In this document: in pieces, positions 42,180 to 53,496 of the stretch
Layout: each line of letters begins with the position of its first letter
Numbering within the stretch: position 1 is the first letter of the stretch
Source of the DNA: Zygnema circumcarinatum SAG 698-1b
Taxonomy: Eukaryota > Plantae > Zygnematophyceae
Direction of reading: 5' to 3'
DNA: 64,000 nucleotides
Assembly (NCBI GenBank): GCA_037447605.1
Contig: CM074811.1
Coordinates: 186,001 to 250,000, forward strand
The notes under the pieces: generated by a model
Told to the model about the DNA's origin: nothing
Database searches by the model: none
Seen by the model: the letters and a program-made list of their open reading frames with translations, nothing else
Position numbers and translations under genes: made by a program

Positions 42180-43700
42180 CCTCTCTCTCTCTACATACCT
42201 CTCCCTGTTCCTCCACCCCCTATCCTGCCCACTCTCGCCCTCCCTATCTCTCAAAATCCCTGTCTCGCCCTCTCTCTCCCCTCCCTGTCCTCCCTCTCGC
42301 TCGTTCCCTCCCACTCTCCTTCCCTCTCTCCCTATACCTCTCTCCCTATACCTCTCTCCCAACGTCGCCCTCTCTCCCTACATCCTTCCTATCCCTCCCT
42401 CCCTCTTCCTCTCCATCTCCCTCTCCCTCTCCCTCTCCCTCTTCCTCTTCCTCTTCCTCAACCTCAACCTCACCCTCTGCCTCTGCCTCTGCCTCTGCCT
42501 CTGCCTCTGCCTCTGCCTCTGCCTCTGCCTCTGCCTCTGCCTCTGCCTCTGCCTCTGCCTCTGCCTCTTCCTTTTCCCACTCCCTCCCGCCCTACCTTCC
42601 TCTATCTCTCTCCCTCCCGCAAACCCTCCATCCTCCCCCTCTCTCTTTCCCCCTCCCGCCACCCCAAATCCCACTCACGCCTTCTTTCCCCGGTCACCCC
42701 CGTCTTCCCCCACCTCTCTCTTTCCCATCTATCCCTCCCACCACCCCTGCCTTCCGCTCGCACTCTCTTTCCTACCTCTTTCAACCGCCATCCCTGCCCC
42801 CCCTCCCGCTCTCTCTTTACCACCTCTACCTCCCACCACCCCTGCCACTTCTCCCGTTCTCCCTTCCCCACATCTGCCCCCCACCATCCCTGCCCCCCGT
42901 CCCTCTCTCTCTTTCCAACCTCTCCCTCCCGCCATCCCTGGCCCCCCTCGCACTCTCATTCCAACCTCTCCCTCACGCCACCCCTGCCAACACTCCCGCT
43001 CCCGCTTTCCATCCGCTCTCTCCCGCAACCTCTGGCCCCCCTTCCGCCACCCCTGCCCTCCCTCCCGCCCTCTCTTCCCAACCTATCCCTCACGCCCCCT
43101 TTGCCCCCCACCCCGCCCTCTCCTTTTCACCTCTGCACCCGTCATCCCTGCCCCACATCCTGCACCCTCCTCCTCCCACCACCCCTTCCCCCCCTCTCGC
43201 TATCTCTTTCCCACCTCTCCCCCCCGCCAACCCTGCCCCTATTCTCGCTCTCTCTTTCCAACGTCTCCCTCCCGCCACCCCTGCCTCCCTTACCAATATC
43301 CCTGCTTCCCATCCTGAAACCTCTCCTTCCAACCACCCATTCCCCCCTTCCCGCTCTCTCTTTCCCACCTCTCCCCGTGCCATCCCTGGCCCAAATCCTG
43401 CAACCTCTCCCTCCCACCACCCCTCCCTCCCTTCCCGCCCTCTCTTTCCCACCTCTCCCCCACGCCATCCCTGCCCCATCCTGAAACCTCTCCCTCCCGC
43501 CACCCCTGCCCCCACTCCCGCTCACTCTTTCCAAACTCTCCCTCCCGCCACCCCAGAACCCCCTCCCGCTCTTTCTTTCCAACCTCTTCCTCCCGCCAGC
43601 CTTGCCCCAACTCCCGCTCGCTCTTTCCCACCACTCCCCCCCACCGCCCCTGCCTCCTCACCCCTCTCTCTTTGTCCCTCTCATCTTCCCGAAATCCGTC
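42130..43700. repeat. Polypyrimidine tract, (CTCTGC)n and ~48-bp minisatellite upstream of PstS copy 5
   Basis: Repeated unit ~'ctctctttccaacctctccctcccgccacccctgccccc'; inverted homolog at 60120-60630. Confidence 0.8.
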
Positions 43701-44875
43701 CCTCTTCTCCCTCGAGAAACTCCAAGACTGGATCTGCTCAAAAAAGAGAAGAATTGGATCCGTTTCCACACTAATTTTCCATAAAAGAAGCTCAACACGC
43801 CAGCAGCTTGTTTCTTATTTCTTATTTTCCAAATTCACTCCGGCCCCCGCCCCTCCCCGCACTCGCCCTCTCATCGCCCGCGCGCCGCACCTCCGCCGCA
43901 GTGTACCGTCCGTTCGCGCCGCGTGACAATGTGTCACGACAGCTCCGCCTCCCCCTCGCCCTCGCATGCACCCGGAAGCACTGCCACGTGACCAGCGAGC
44001 CGTGACAGGACGTCACGTCGATCAGCAGCCCTGTCGGGCACGCGCAACACGTGCCCCGCATGTTCCGCGGGTTCACGTGCCACGTGTCGGACCGCGTCCG
44101 GTCGCACGGCGCGGCCTGTCGTATGCGCGCCGTCGTCCGCATCTTCCGCCGCTCCGCGGCATCTCGCGGGCGGAGATGCCGTCCGAGGGCGGGTCTGGCC
44201 GCGGCCCGCTCTAGCCGCGGCGCCATCACGGGGCGGCGCTCGGGACCGTACGTGAGATCAGGCGGGCGAACGGCGACCCCGCGGCGTATCTTGTCCGTAG
44301 CAGCGGCGTCGCATCTCTGTGGCCGATTGCGCGTACGGCCACGGACCGCTTTACGTGCGCGGTCCGCACGAACACGACGGCTGCCGGCCAGCACCCGACA
44401 AACTATTTTGCGGGCAGGACACGTGTCGGACAAGAATCGTGAGCGTCCGTTCCTTGTGTCGGGCAAGATCGACGGCTGCCGGTCTGTCGCTTTCCTGTCA
44501 CATGCGGTCCAAAACGTTTCATCGGTGGCCCGGCCCCGCCTCGCCCAAGCGCGCCGCCCGCCGCCCGCCGCCCGCCGCCCGCCGCCCCGCGAAAGATGCC
44601 GCCGTGAGGCGCGGAGGCCGCGGGCGGAGCATTTGTTTTTGTCGCGGTGCGGAGCAGCAACAATGCCGCGAGGCAGCTTCTGTCGGCCGCGGCCCCGCCC
44701 TAGATCGCCCGCCCACTCCGTACGCGGCGGTGGCGGGCCCCGCCGGGCGGCGGCTGGCGGCGGCGGTCGCTATAATACGGCCGCAGAGCGCCGAGAGGTC
44801 GGCACTCAAGCACCCACCGCTCCCAATACTCCCACTACTCCCACTCCTCCTCTGCCGCCTACTCACTCAGGAGCC

Positions 44876-46010
44876 ATGGCCGCCCTTGCGTTCACCGCCG
44901 TCGTCCTCCTCTCCGCCGTCGCCGCCCAGGCGAGCACCATCCAGATCGGAGGAGCCAGCTCCGTCCAGCCGGTGAGTGGTCTGGAAGTACCGCCGCTGTG
45001 GGGATTATTTCCTCTACATCCCTCATTTCCGGCTGACGTGGTCTCCGCGCTATACTGAGCCTTTCTGTCAATTCGTGTTCTCTCTGCAGATTGTGCAGAA
45101 GGCCACCGACTTGGCTGCGAACATTGCCGGCCTCGGCCAGGGCTCCATCGGAGATTACCTCTCCGTCGGCTCCGGCGCCGGCCAGACTGCTTTCATTAAC
45201 AGGGTGTACGAGGTCGCCTACTCCGATGTTGCTTTCGATGCCAACGATGACTCCGCCGCCGGCGGAACCAGCAAGTACACCATCCCCTTCGCCGTGGCGA
45301 CCTACTCCTTCTGCACCATGAAGAAGGGCTCTTCCACCCTCCGCTTCACCGGCTCCCAGCTGTACAACATCTACACCTCCGACTCCTACATTCCCTGGTC
45401 CACCTACGTCGCCAAGGCCACCGGAAACGTGCTGCCCGTGGCCCGCTCTGACGGCTCCGGCACCACCGAGGTGATCGGAAAGTGGCTGAAGACCCAGGTC
45501 TCTGCCTGGCCGTTCACCACAACCGACAGCTGGAACGGTCAGTCCGGAGTGTCCGCTAAGATCACCTACGTTCTGAAGTCGGGCGGCATGATTGCCGCGC
45601 TGCAAGGGGACTCCAACAGGATCGGGTACCTCCAGAGCGGGCTCTGCACCCTGAACGGCGTCCCCGTGGTGGCTGTGAACAACGCCGCCGGCGCGTTCGT
45701 CTCCACGAACCTCGCCACGGACCTCTCCGCGCTCATGCCCAACCCCATCCCCGCGTACGACAGCGCGGTGTGGAGCGGAGTGAGCCTCCTGAACAAGCCC
45801 GGCCCCACCACGTACCCCATCGGCTCCATCATCTACATGTTCGCCCGCAAGTCGTACAACAACCCCGCCATCAGCTCCATCGTGCAGGCGTGGGTGAAGT
45901 TCACCATGACCGCGACCGTGCAGAACCTCATGAAGCCCGCCGGCGTGGCGCCCCTCCCCCAGAAGTACCGCGACGCCGGTATCGCCGCGGGCAAGACCAT
46001 CAGCGGTTAG
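44876..46010 (+). CDS. PstS-like secreted phosphate-binding protein, copy 5 (intact, 338 aa); exons 44876-44971, 45090-46010
   Basis: Signal peptide, 118-nt GT-AG intron, all PstS motifs; TATA-like TATAATA at ~44771. Confidence 0.9.
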
Positions 46011-47927
46011 AGCAGGCAACGTCGTTAGAACATATTCGCCAAATTCTTTAAGTTTGTATTTTTGCACAAATAGGTGAACATGGCATAGGGTGGGAAAAGA
46101 AATGCCAGATCCGCTGCAATTTTGATAGATGATATGCAGTACGGTAATCAAATGTGGCTGGCAAACATTTGTGGACCTTTCTTCACTAAGAACACATTTT
46201 TGTTGGTCTTCCTCATTTATTGGTGTATTGGTACTTTCCACTGGTTTTGGTTAACTTCGACGCCTATCTTGTATGCCTCTTCCCATCTCTATCTGAGTCA
46301 AAAATTTCATTTAGAAGAATGGTAGCAGTACGCAGCTGCTCGTGTACCCCTGCTCTTGCTCTTGCTCTTTCATTTGGATCATTTCTTCCTTTTGTTCACG
46401 ACATCCTGTGGTGGGCGCGGCTTCTGACGTTTGCCTATGTACAGATACATATCCAATTCTGAGTCTCTCGCGAAAGAAGGGCAATATAGGGANNNNNNNN
46501 NNGAGGGAGGGAGGGAGGGAGGGAGGGAGGGAGGGAGGGTGGGAGAGAGGGAGAACATTCAAGAGTCGATATTCTATGCGATGCATGCAGGCGGTGGGAT
46601 TACGAATTTGGCACGGCCTTTGTCACTCGTTGAAACTTAAATGCATGTAAAACGACGACGCCTGGTTGAGCGAAACACTTTTCCAGTCGTTGGAGAAACC
46701 CTGAAAGTAATTCCTACATTTGTTTATTGCAGGACAGTCAGCTTAAAGGCTTTTTTGTACTTTTATTTTCACGAACTGTATGGTATTGGAAACTCCGAGT
46801 GTCAAAATACTGTGCCCAGCCCTCTCTATGCTAACAATAACTGAACAACTCATCTGTAATGTTCATAAAATTCTGAAAGTCGTCGAGGGAATCGTTTTTT
46901 GTAGCATTCTTGTTGCGGCTTTATATAGGCGATGGGGCTGTTTAGTGCTTGTGAATGTGCTCGTTAATTTTCGGTTTCGAAGCAGTTTGAGAACTTGGTC
47001 AGCTTTAAATCATAAGTTGACCATTTGGGATTGCGGATGATTCTCTTTCCTGGCACTGAAGCCATATGTTCAATGCTATCATGATTAATTTTTTAACTTT
47101 TCCCGACTGAGATTGAGAAATCTTCAGACGACATTCATTACAAAGAGATACACTTGCGTGTCCTCATTTTCCTTTTCACCCGTGGGCATTGGCCGCGTGG
47201 TGGATGTTCCTATCTATGTGATGCGAATAGGGCCCATAAATGCATGACTAGCCACCATGTCACGTGTTTGCATTCATTTAGTGTTTTGTGAAAATCTTGG
47301 CAGCGGTTGTTTCAGGATGTTGGGCGCATGGATTTGAGATTCATGTAGATCAGGCTTTGGCAATTCAACGTTACGAGTTCGAAATTTCAGGGTCTCACAA
47401 GATAGCGATAATGGGTGTGGGGTTAGTGGAGTGGGGAGGGGCCAAGGGGTAAAAGAAGAGGACGAGTTGGAAAGTTCAAGACAGGGCGGGAGAAGTTCGG
47501 ACACAGGGTGGGAGTGGAGGGAGATACAGAATAAAAAAATTCAATGAAAAACCGAACAGAGATAGCACTGGTGAGGGGCGCCAATTAAGGAAAATATAAG
47601 GAAGAAGAAAACCAAACAATTATAAATAACTATTAAAAAGAGCGGAATTTACCCTCCCTCCCTCCCTGCATTGCATAGTGAAGAAATGATCCAAACAAAG
47701 AAGCCGCAGCAGTAGTAGAAAGAGCAGGGGTACACAAGCAGCTGCATACTGCTGCCATTCTTCTAAATGAAATTTTTGACTCAGAAAGAGATGGGAAGAG
47801 GCATACAAGATAGGCGTCGAAGTTAACCAAAACCAGTGGAAAGTACCAATACACCAATAAATGAGGAAGACCAACAAAAATGTGTTCTTAGTGAAGAAAG
47901 GTCCACAAATGTTTGCCAGCCACATTT

Positions 47928-48365
47928 TGTGACAGAAGAGAACACATTCAAGCTTGACATACAAAACACATGTTCTCACAAGATCAACACACAACTCATA
48001 AACACTTCTTTATTTCATATGAGGCCTCATTACAGATCACTTCATCCTCTCTTCTCTCTTCCTGTTCTCTCTTCACTGTGTTCTACATCTGCGCAGCGCT
48101 TCTTTTCTACCCAATGTCTAAGCTTCCAGAATTCTCCTTTCTGAATCCTCCTTCTTGAGCACCATACATTTGCGACGCTACGCCAGACGCTTCTCCTCCG
48201 CCTGACACTTCTCTTCCTGCACAGACCTTCCTGAACTCTCTCACATGCGCAGTCTCTCTTTCGCCCGTACATATTCCGTACAGTATCCGTACACCTGTCC
48301 GTACATATATCCGTACAGCTTCCGTACAACAGTCCGTACAACCCGCAGCATCATCATCTATCACA
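47928..48365 (-). mobile_element. Hybrid solo LTR, copia family B (non-matching flanks)
   Basis: Reverse complement of the family B LTR; flanks are CATTT (47923-47927) and GGGAT (48366-48370). Confidence 0.92.
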
Positions 48366-49374
48366 GGGATTATTTCCTTTACATCCCTCATTTCCGGCTG
48401 ACGTGGTCTCCGCGTTATACTGAGCGTTTCTGTCAATTCGTGTTCTCTCTGCAGATTGTGCAGAAGGCCACCGACTTGGCTGCGAACATTGCCGGCCTCG
48501 GCCAGGGCTCCATCGGAGATTACCTCTCCGTCGGCTCCGGCGCCGGCCAGACTGCTTTCATTAACAGGGTGTACGAGGTCGCCTACTCCGATGTTGCTTT
48601 CGATGCCAACGATGACTCCGCCGCCGGCGGAACCAGCAAGTACACCATCCCCTTCGCCGTGGCGACCTACTCCTTCTGCACCATGAAGAAGGGCTCTTCC
48701 ACCCTCCGCTTCACCGGCTCCCAGCTGTACAACATCTACACCTCCGACTCCTACATTCCCTGGTCCACCTACGTCGCCAAGGCCACCGGAAACGTGCTGC
48801 CCGTGGCCCGCTCTGACGGCTCCGGCACCACCGAGGTGATCGGAAAGTGGCTGAAGACTCCAGGTCTCTGCCCGCCGCCCACCACAACCGACAGCTGGAA
48901 CGGTCAGTCCGGAGTGTCCACTAAGATCACCTACGTTCTGAAGTCGGGCGGCATGATTGCCGCGCTGCAAGGGGACTCCAACAGGATCGGGTACTCCAGA
49001 GCGGGCTCTGCACCCTGAACGGCGTCCCCGTGGTGGCTGTGAACAACGCCGCCCGCGCGTTCGTCTCCACGAACCTCGCCACGGACCTCTCCGCGCTCAT
49101 GCCCAACCCCATCCCCGCGTACGACAGCGCGGTGTGGAGCGGAGTGAGCCTCCTGAACAAGCCCGGCCCCACCACGTACCCCATCGGCTCCATCATCTAC
49201 ATGTTCGCCCGCAAGTCGTACAACAACCCCGCCATCAGCTCCATCGTGCAGGCGTGGGTGAAGTTCACCATGACCGCGACCGTGCAGAACCTCATGAAGC
49301 CCGCCGGCGTGGCGCCCCTCCCCCAGAAGTACCGCGACGCCGGTATCGCCGCGGGCAAGACCATCAGCGGTTAG
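48366..49374 (+). pseudogene. PstS-like copy 6: lacks promoter and exon 1; 3' part of intron plus exon 2 with indels
   Basis: Begins mid-intron at the LTR junction; indels near 48858-48880 and 48995 (may be sequencing error). Confidence 0.8.
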
Positions 49375-49850
49375 AGCAGGCAACGTCGTTAGAACATATT
49401 CGCCAAATTCTTTAAGTTTGTATTTTTGCACAAATAGGTGAACATGGCATAGGGTGGGAAAAGAAATGCCAGATCCGCTGCAATTTTGATAGATGATATG
49501 CAGTACGGTAATCAAATGTGGCTGGCAAACATTTGTGGACCTTTCTTCACTAAGAACACATTTTTGTTGGTCTTCCTCATTTATTGGTGTATTGGTACTT
49601 TCCACTGGTTTTGGTTAACTTCGACGCCTATCTCGTATGCCGCCTTCTAACTCATTCTAAGCAAAAAATATCCTTTACGAGAGGAGTAGCAGTACGCAGC
49701 TGCCGTGTACCCCGTTTCTGCTCTTGCTCTTCATTTGGATCATTTCTTCCTTTGTTCACGACATCCTGTGGTGGGCGCGGTTTCTGACGTTTGCCTATGT
49801 ACAGATACATATCCAATTCCTCTGAGTCTCCTCAAGAAAGAAGGGCAATA

Positions 49851-50670
49851 TAGGGAGGGAGTGGAGGGAGGGAGAGGGAGGTGAGGGAGGGAGGGAGGGA
49901 GGGAGGAGGGGGGGGAGGGAGGGGAGGGAGGGAGAGGGAGGGAGGAGGGAGGGAGGGAGGGAGGGAGGAGGGAGAGGGAGGGAGGGAGGGAGGGAGGGAG
50001 GGAGGGAGGGAGGGAGGAGGAGGGAGGGAGTGGGAGGAGGGAGGGAGGGAGGGAGGGAGGAGGGAGGAGGAGGAGAGGGGGAGGAGAGGGAGGGAGGGAG
50101 GAGGGAGGGAGGGAGGAGGGAGGGAGGAGGGAGGGAGGGAGGGAGGGAGGAGGGAGGGAGGGAGGAGGGAGGGAGGGAGGGAGGGAGGAGGGAGGAGGAG
50201 GAGGGAGGGAGGGAGGGAGGGAGTGGAGGGAGGGAGGGCGGAGGGAGGGAGGGAGGGAGGGAGGGAGGGAGGGAGGAGGGAGGGAGGAGGAGGAGGAGGA
50301 GGGAGGGAGGGAGGGGAGGGAGGGAGGGAGGGAGGGAGGGAGGGAGGGGAGGGAGGGAGGGAGGGAGGGAGGGAGGAGGGAGGGAGGAGGGAGGAGGGAG
50401 GGAGGAGGGAGTGGGAGGGAGGAGGGAGGGAGGGAGGGAGGGAGGGAGGGAGGGAGGGAGGGAGGGAGGGAGGGAGGGAGGGAGGGAGGGGAGGGAGGAG
50501 GGAGGAGTGGAGGGAGGAGGGAGGGAGGGAGGGAGGGAGGGAGGGAGGGAGGAGAGAGGGAGGGAGGGAGGAGAGAGGGAGTGGAGGGAGGGAGGGAGGG
50601 AGGAGTGGAGGGAGGGAGGGAGGGAGGGAGGGAGGAGGGAGGGAGGGAGGGAGGGAGGGAGGTGGGAGAG
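49851..50670. repeat. (GGAG)n polypurine microsatellite, ~0.8 kb
   Basis: Near-pure G/A run; the equivalent position in the preceding unit is an N gap (46493-46502). Confidence 0.85.
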
Positions 50671-52048
50671 AGGGAGAACATTCAAGAGTCGATATTCTAT
50701 GCGATGCATGCAGGCGGTGGATTACGAATTTGGCACGGCCTTGTCACTCAAGTTGAAACTTAAATGCATGAAACGACGACGCCTGGTTGAGCGAAACACT
50801 TTTCCAGTCGTTGGAGAAACCCTGAAAGTAATTCCTACATTTGTTTATTGCAGGACAGTCAGCTTAAAGGCTTTTTTGTACTTTTATTTTCACGAACTGT
50901 ATGGTATTGGAAACTCCGAGTGTCAAAATACTGTGCCCAGCCCTCTCTATGCTAACAATAACTGAACAACTCATCTGTAATGTTCATAAAATTCTGAAAG
51001 TCGTCGAGGGAATCGTTTTTTGTAGCATTCTTGTTGCGGCTTTATATAGGCGATGGGGCTGTTTAGTGCTTGTGAATGTGCTCGTTAATTTTCGGTTTCG
51101 AAGCAGTTTGAGAACTTGGTCAGCTTTAAATCATAAGTTGACCATTTGGGATTGCGGATGATTCTCTTTCCTGGCACTGAAGCCATATGTTCAATGCTAT
51201 CATGATTAATTTTTTAACTTTTCCCGACTGAGATTGAGAAATCTTCAGACGACATTCATTACAAAGAGATACACTTGCGTGTCCTCATTTTCCTTTTCAC
51301 CCGTGGGCATTGGCCGCGTGGTGGATGTTCCTATCTATGTGATGCGAATAGGGCCCATAAATGCATGACTAGCCACCATGTCACGTGTTTGCATTCATTT
51401 AGTGTTTTGTGAAAATCTTGGCAGCGGTTGTTTCAGGATGTTGGGCGCATGGATTTGAGATTCATGTAGATCAGGCTTTGGCAATTCAACGTTACGAGTT
51501 CGAAATTTCAGGGTCTCACAAGATAGCGATAATGGGTGTGGGGTTAGTGGAGTGGGGAGGGGCCAAGGGGTAAAAGAAGAGGACGAGTTGGAAAGTTCAA
51601 GACAGGGCGGGAGAAGTTCGGACACAGGGTGGGAGTGGAGGGAGATACAGAATAAAAAAATTCAATGAAAAACCGAACAGAGATAGCACTGGTGAGGGGC
51701 GCCAATTAAGGAAAATATAAGGAAGAAGAAAACCAAACAATTATAAATAACTATTAAAAAGAGCGGAATTTACCCTCCCTCCCTCCCTGCATTGCATAGT
51801 GAAGAAATGATCCAAACAAAGAAGCCGCAGCAGTAGTAATAAGAGCAGGGGTACACAAGCAGCTGCATACTGCTGCCATTCTTCTAAATGAAATTTTTGA
51901 CTCAGAAAGAGATGGGAAGAGGCATACAAGATAGGCGTCGAAGTTAACCAAAACCAGTGGAAAGTACCAATACACCAATAAATGAGGAAGACCAACAAAA
52001 ATGTGTTCTTAGTGAAGAAAGGTCCACAAATGTTTGCCAGCCACATTT

Positions 52049-52518
52049 TGTGACAGAAGAGAACACATTCAAGCTTGACATACAAAACACATGTTCTCAC
52101 AAGATCAACACACAACTCATAAACACTTCTTTATTTCATATGAGGCCTCATTACAGATCACTTCATCCTCTCTTCTCTCTTCCTGTTCTCTCTTCACTGT
52201 GTTCTACATCTGCGCAGCGCTTCTTTTCTACCCAATGTCTAAGCTTCCAGAATTCTCCTTTCTGAATCCTCCTTCTTGAGCACCATACATTTGCGACGCT
52301 TCGCCAGACGCTTCTCCTCCGCCTGACACTTCTCTTCCTGCACAGACCTTCCTGAACTCTCTCACATGCGCAGTCTCTCTTTCGCCCGTACATATTCCGT
52401 ACAGTATCCGTACACCTGTCCGTACATATATCCGTACAGCTTCCGTACAACAGTCCGTACAACCCGCAGCATCATCATCATCACAATTCCCCCTCTTGAT
52501 GCAAGGGTTGATCAACTC
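52049..52518 (-). mobile_element. 3' LTR plus PPT stub of a copia family B element
   Basis: LTR 52049-52485; 33 nt of PPT-adjacent internal sequence (52486-52518) fused to PstS exon 2; flank CATTT at 52044-52048. Confidence 0.92.
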
Positions 52519-53352
52519 GCCGGCCAGACTGCTTTCATTAACAGGGTGTACGAGGTCGCCTACTCCGATGTTGCTTTCGATGCCAACGATGACTCCGCCG
52601 CCGGCGGAACCAGCAAGTACACCATCCCCTTCGCCGTGGCGACCTACTCCTTCTGCACCATGAAGAAGGGCTCTTCCACCCTCCGCTTCACCGGCTCCCA
52701 GCTGTACAACATCTACACCTCCGACTCCTACATTCCCTGGTCCACCTACGTCGCCAAGGCCACCGGAAACGTGCTGCCCGTGGCCCGCTCTGACGGCTCC
52801 GGCACCACCGAGGTGATCGGAAAGTGGCTGAAGACCCAGGTCTCTGCCTGGCCGTTCACCACAACCGACAGCTGGAACGGTCAGTCCGGAGTGTCCGCTA
52901 AGATCACCTACGTTCTGAAGTCGGGCGGCATGATTGCCGCGCTGCAAGGGGACTCCAACAGGATCGGGTACCTCCAGAGCGGGCTCTGCACCCTGAACGG
53001 CGTCCCCGTGGTGGCTGTGAACAACGCCGCCGGCGCGTTCGTCTCCACGAACCTCGCCACGGACCTCTCCGCGCTCATGCCCAACCCCATCCCCGCGTAC
53101 AACAGCGCGGTGTGGAGCGGAGTGAGCCTCCTGAACAAGCCCGGCCCCACCACGTACCCCATCGGCTCCATCATCTACATGTTCGCCCGCAAGTCGTACA
53201 ACAACCCCGCCATCAGCTCCATCGTGCAGGCGTGGGTGAAGTTCACCATGACCGCGACCGTGCAGAACCTCATGAAGCCCGCCGGCGTGGCGCCCCTCCC
53301 CCAGAAGTACCGCGACGCCGGTATCGCCGCGGGCAAGACCATCAGCGGTTAG
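52519..53352 (+). pseudogene. PstS-like copy 7: 5'-truncated exon 2
   Basis: Runs from 'AGQTAFINRV' to 'KTISG*'; no signal peptide. Confidence 0.85.
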
Positions 53353-53496
53353 AGCAGGCAACGTCGTTAGAACATATTCGCCAAATTCTTTAAGTTTGTA
53401 TTTTTGCACAAATAGGTGAACATGGCATAGGGTGGGAAAAGAAATGCCAGATCCGCTGCAATTTTGATAGATGATATGCAGTACGGTAATCAAATG

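Noticed and set aside
44051-45058. 335-aa Arg-rich ORF running into PstS exon 1
   Set aside because: Stop-poor GC-rich promoter DNA; the signal peptide and TATA position indicate the real start is ATG 44876.
44892-46241. Long antisense ORFs over PstS copies (449 aa here; 462 aa at 52228-53616; others)
   Set aside because: Shadow ORFs caused by the strong codon bias of the sense gene; no recognisable domain.
49740-50965. Pro/Ser- and Gly/Arg/Glu-rich ORFs of ~300 aa
   Set aside because: Translations of the (GGAG)n microsatellite; the same applies to ORFs in 42000-43800 and 59800-60700.
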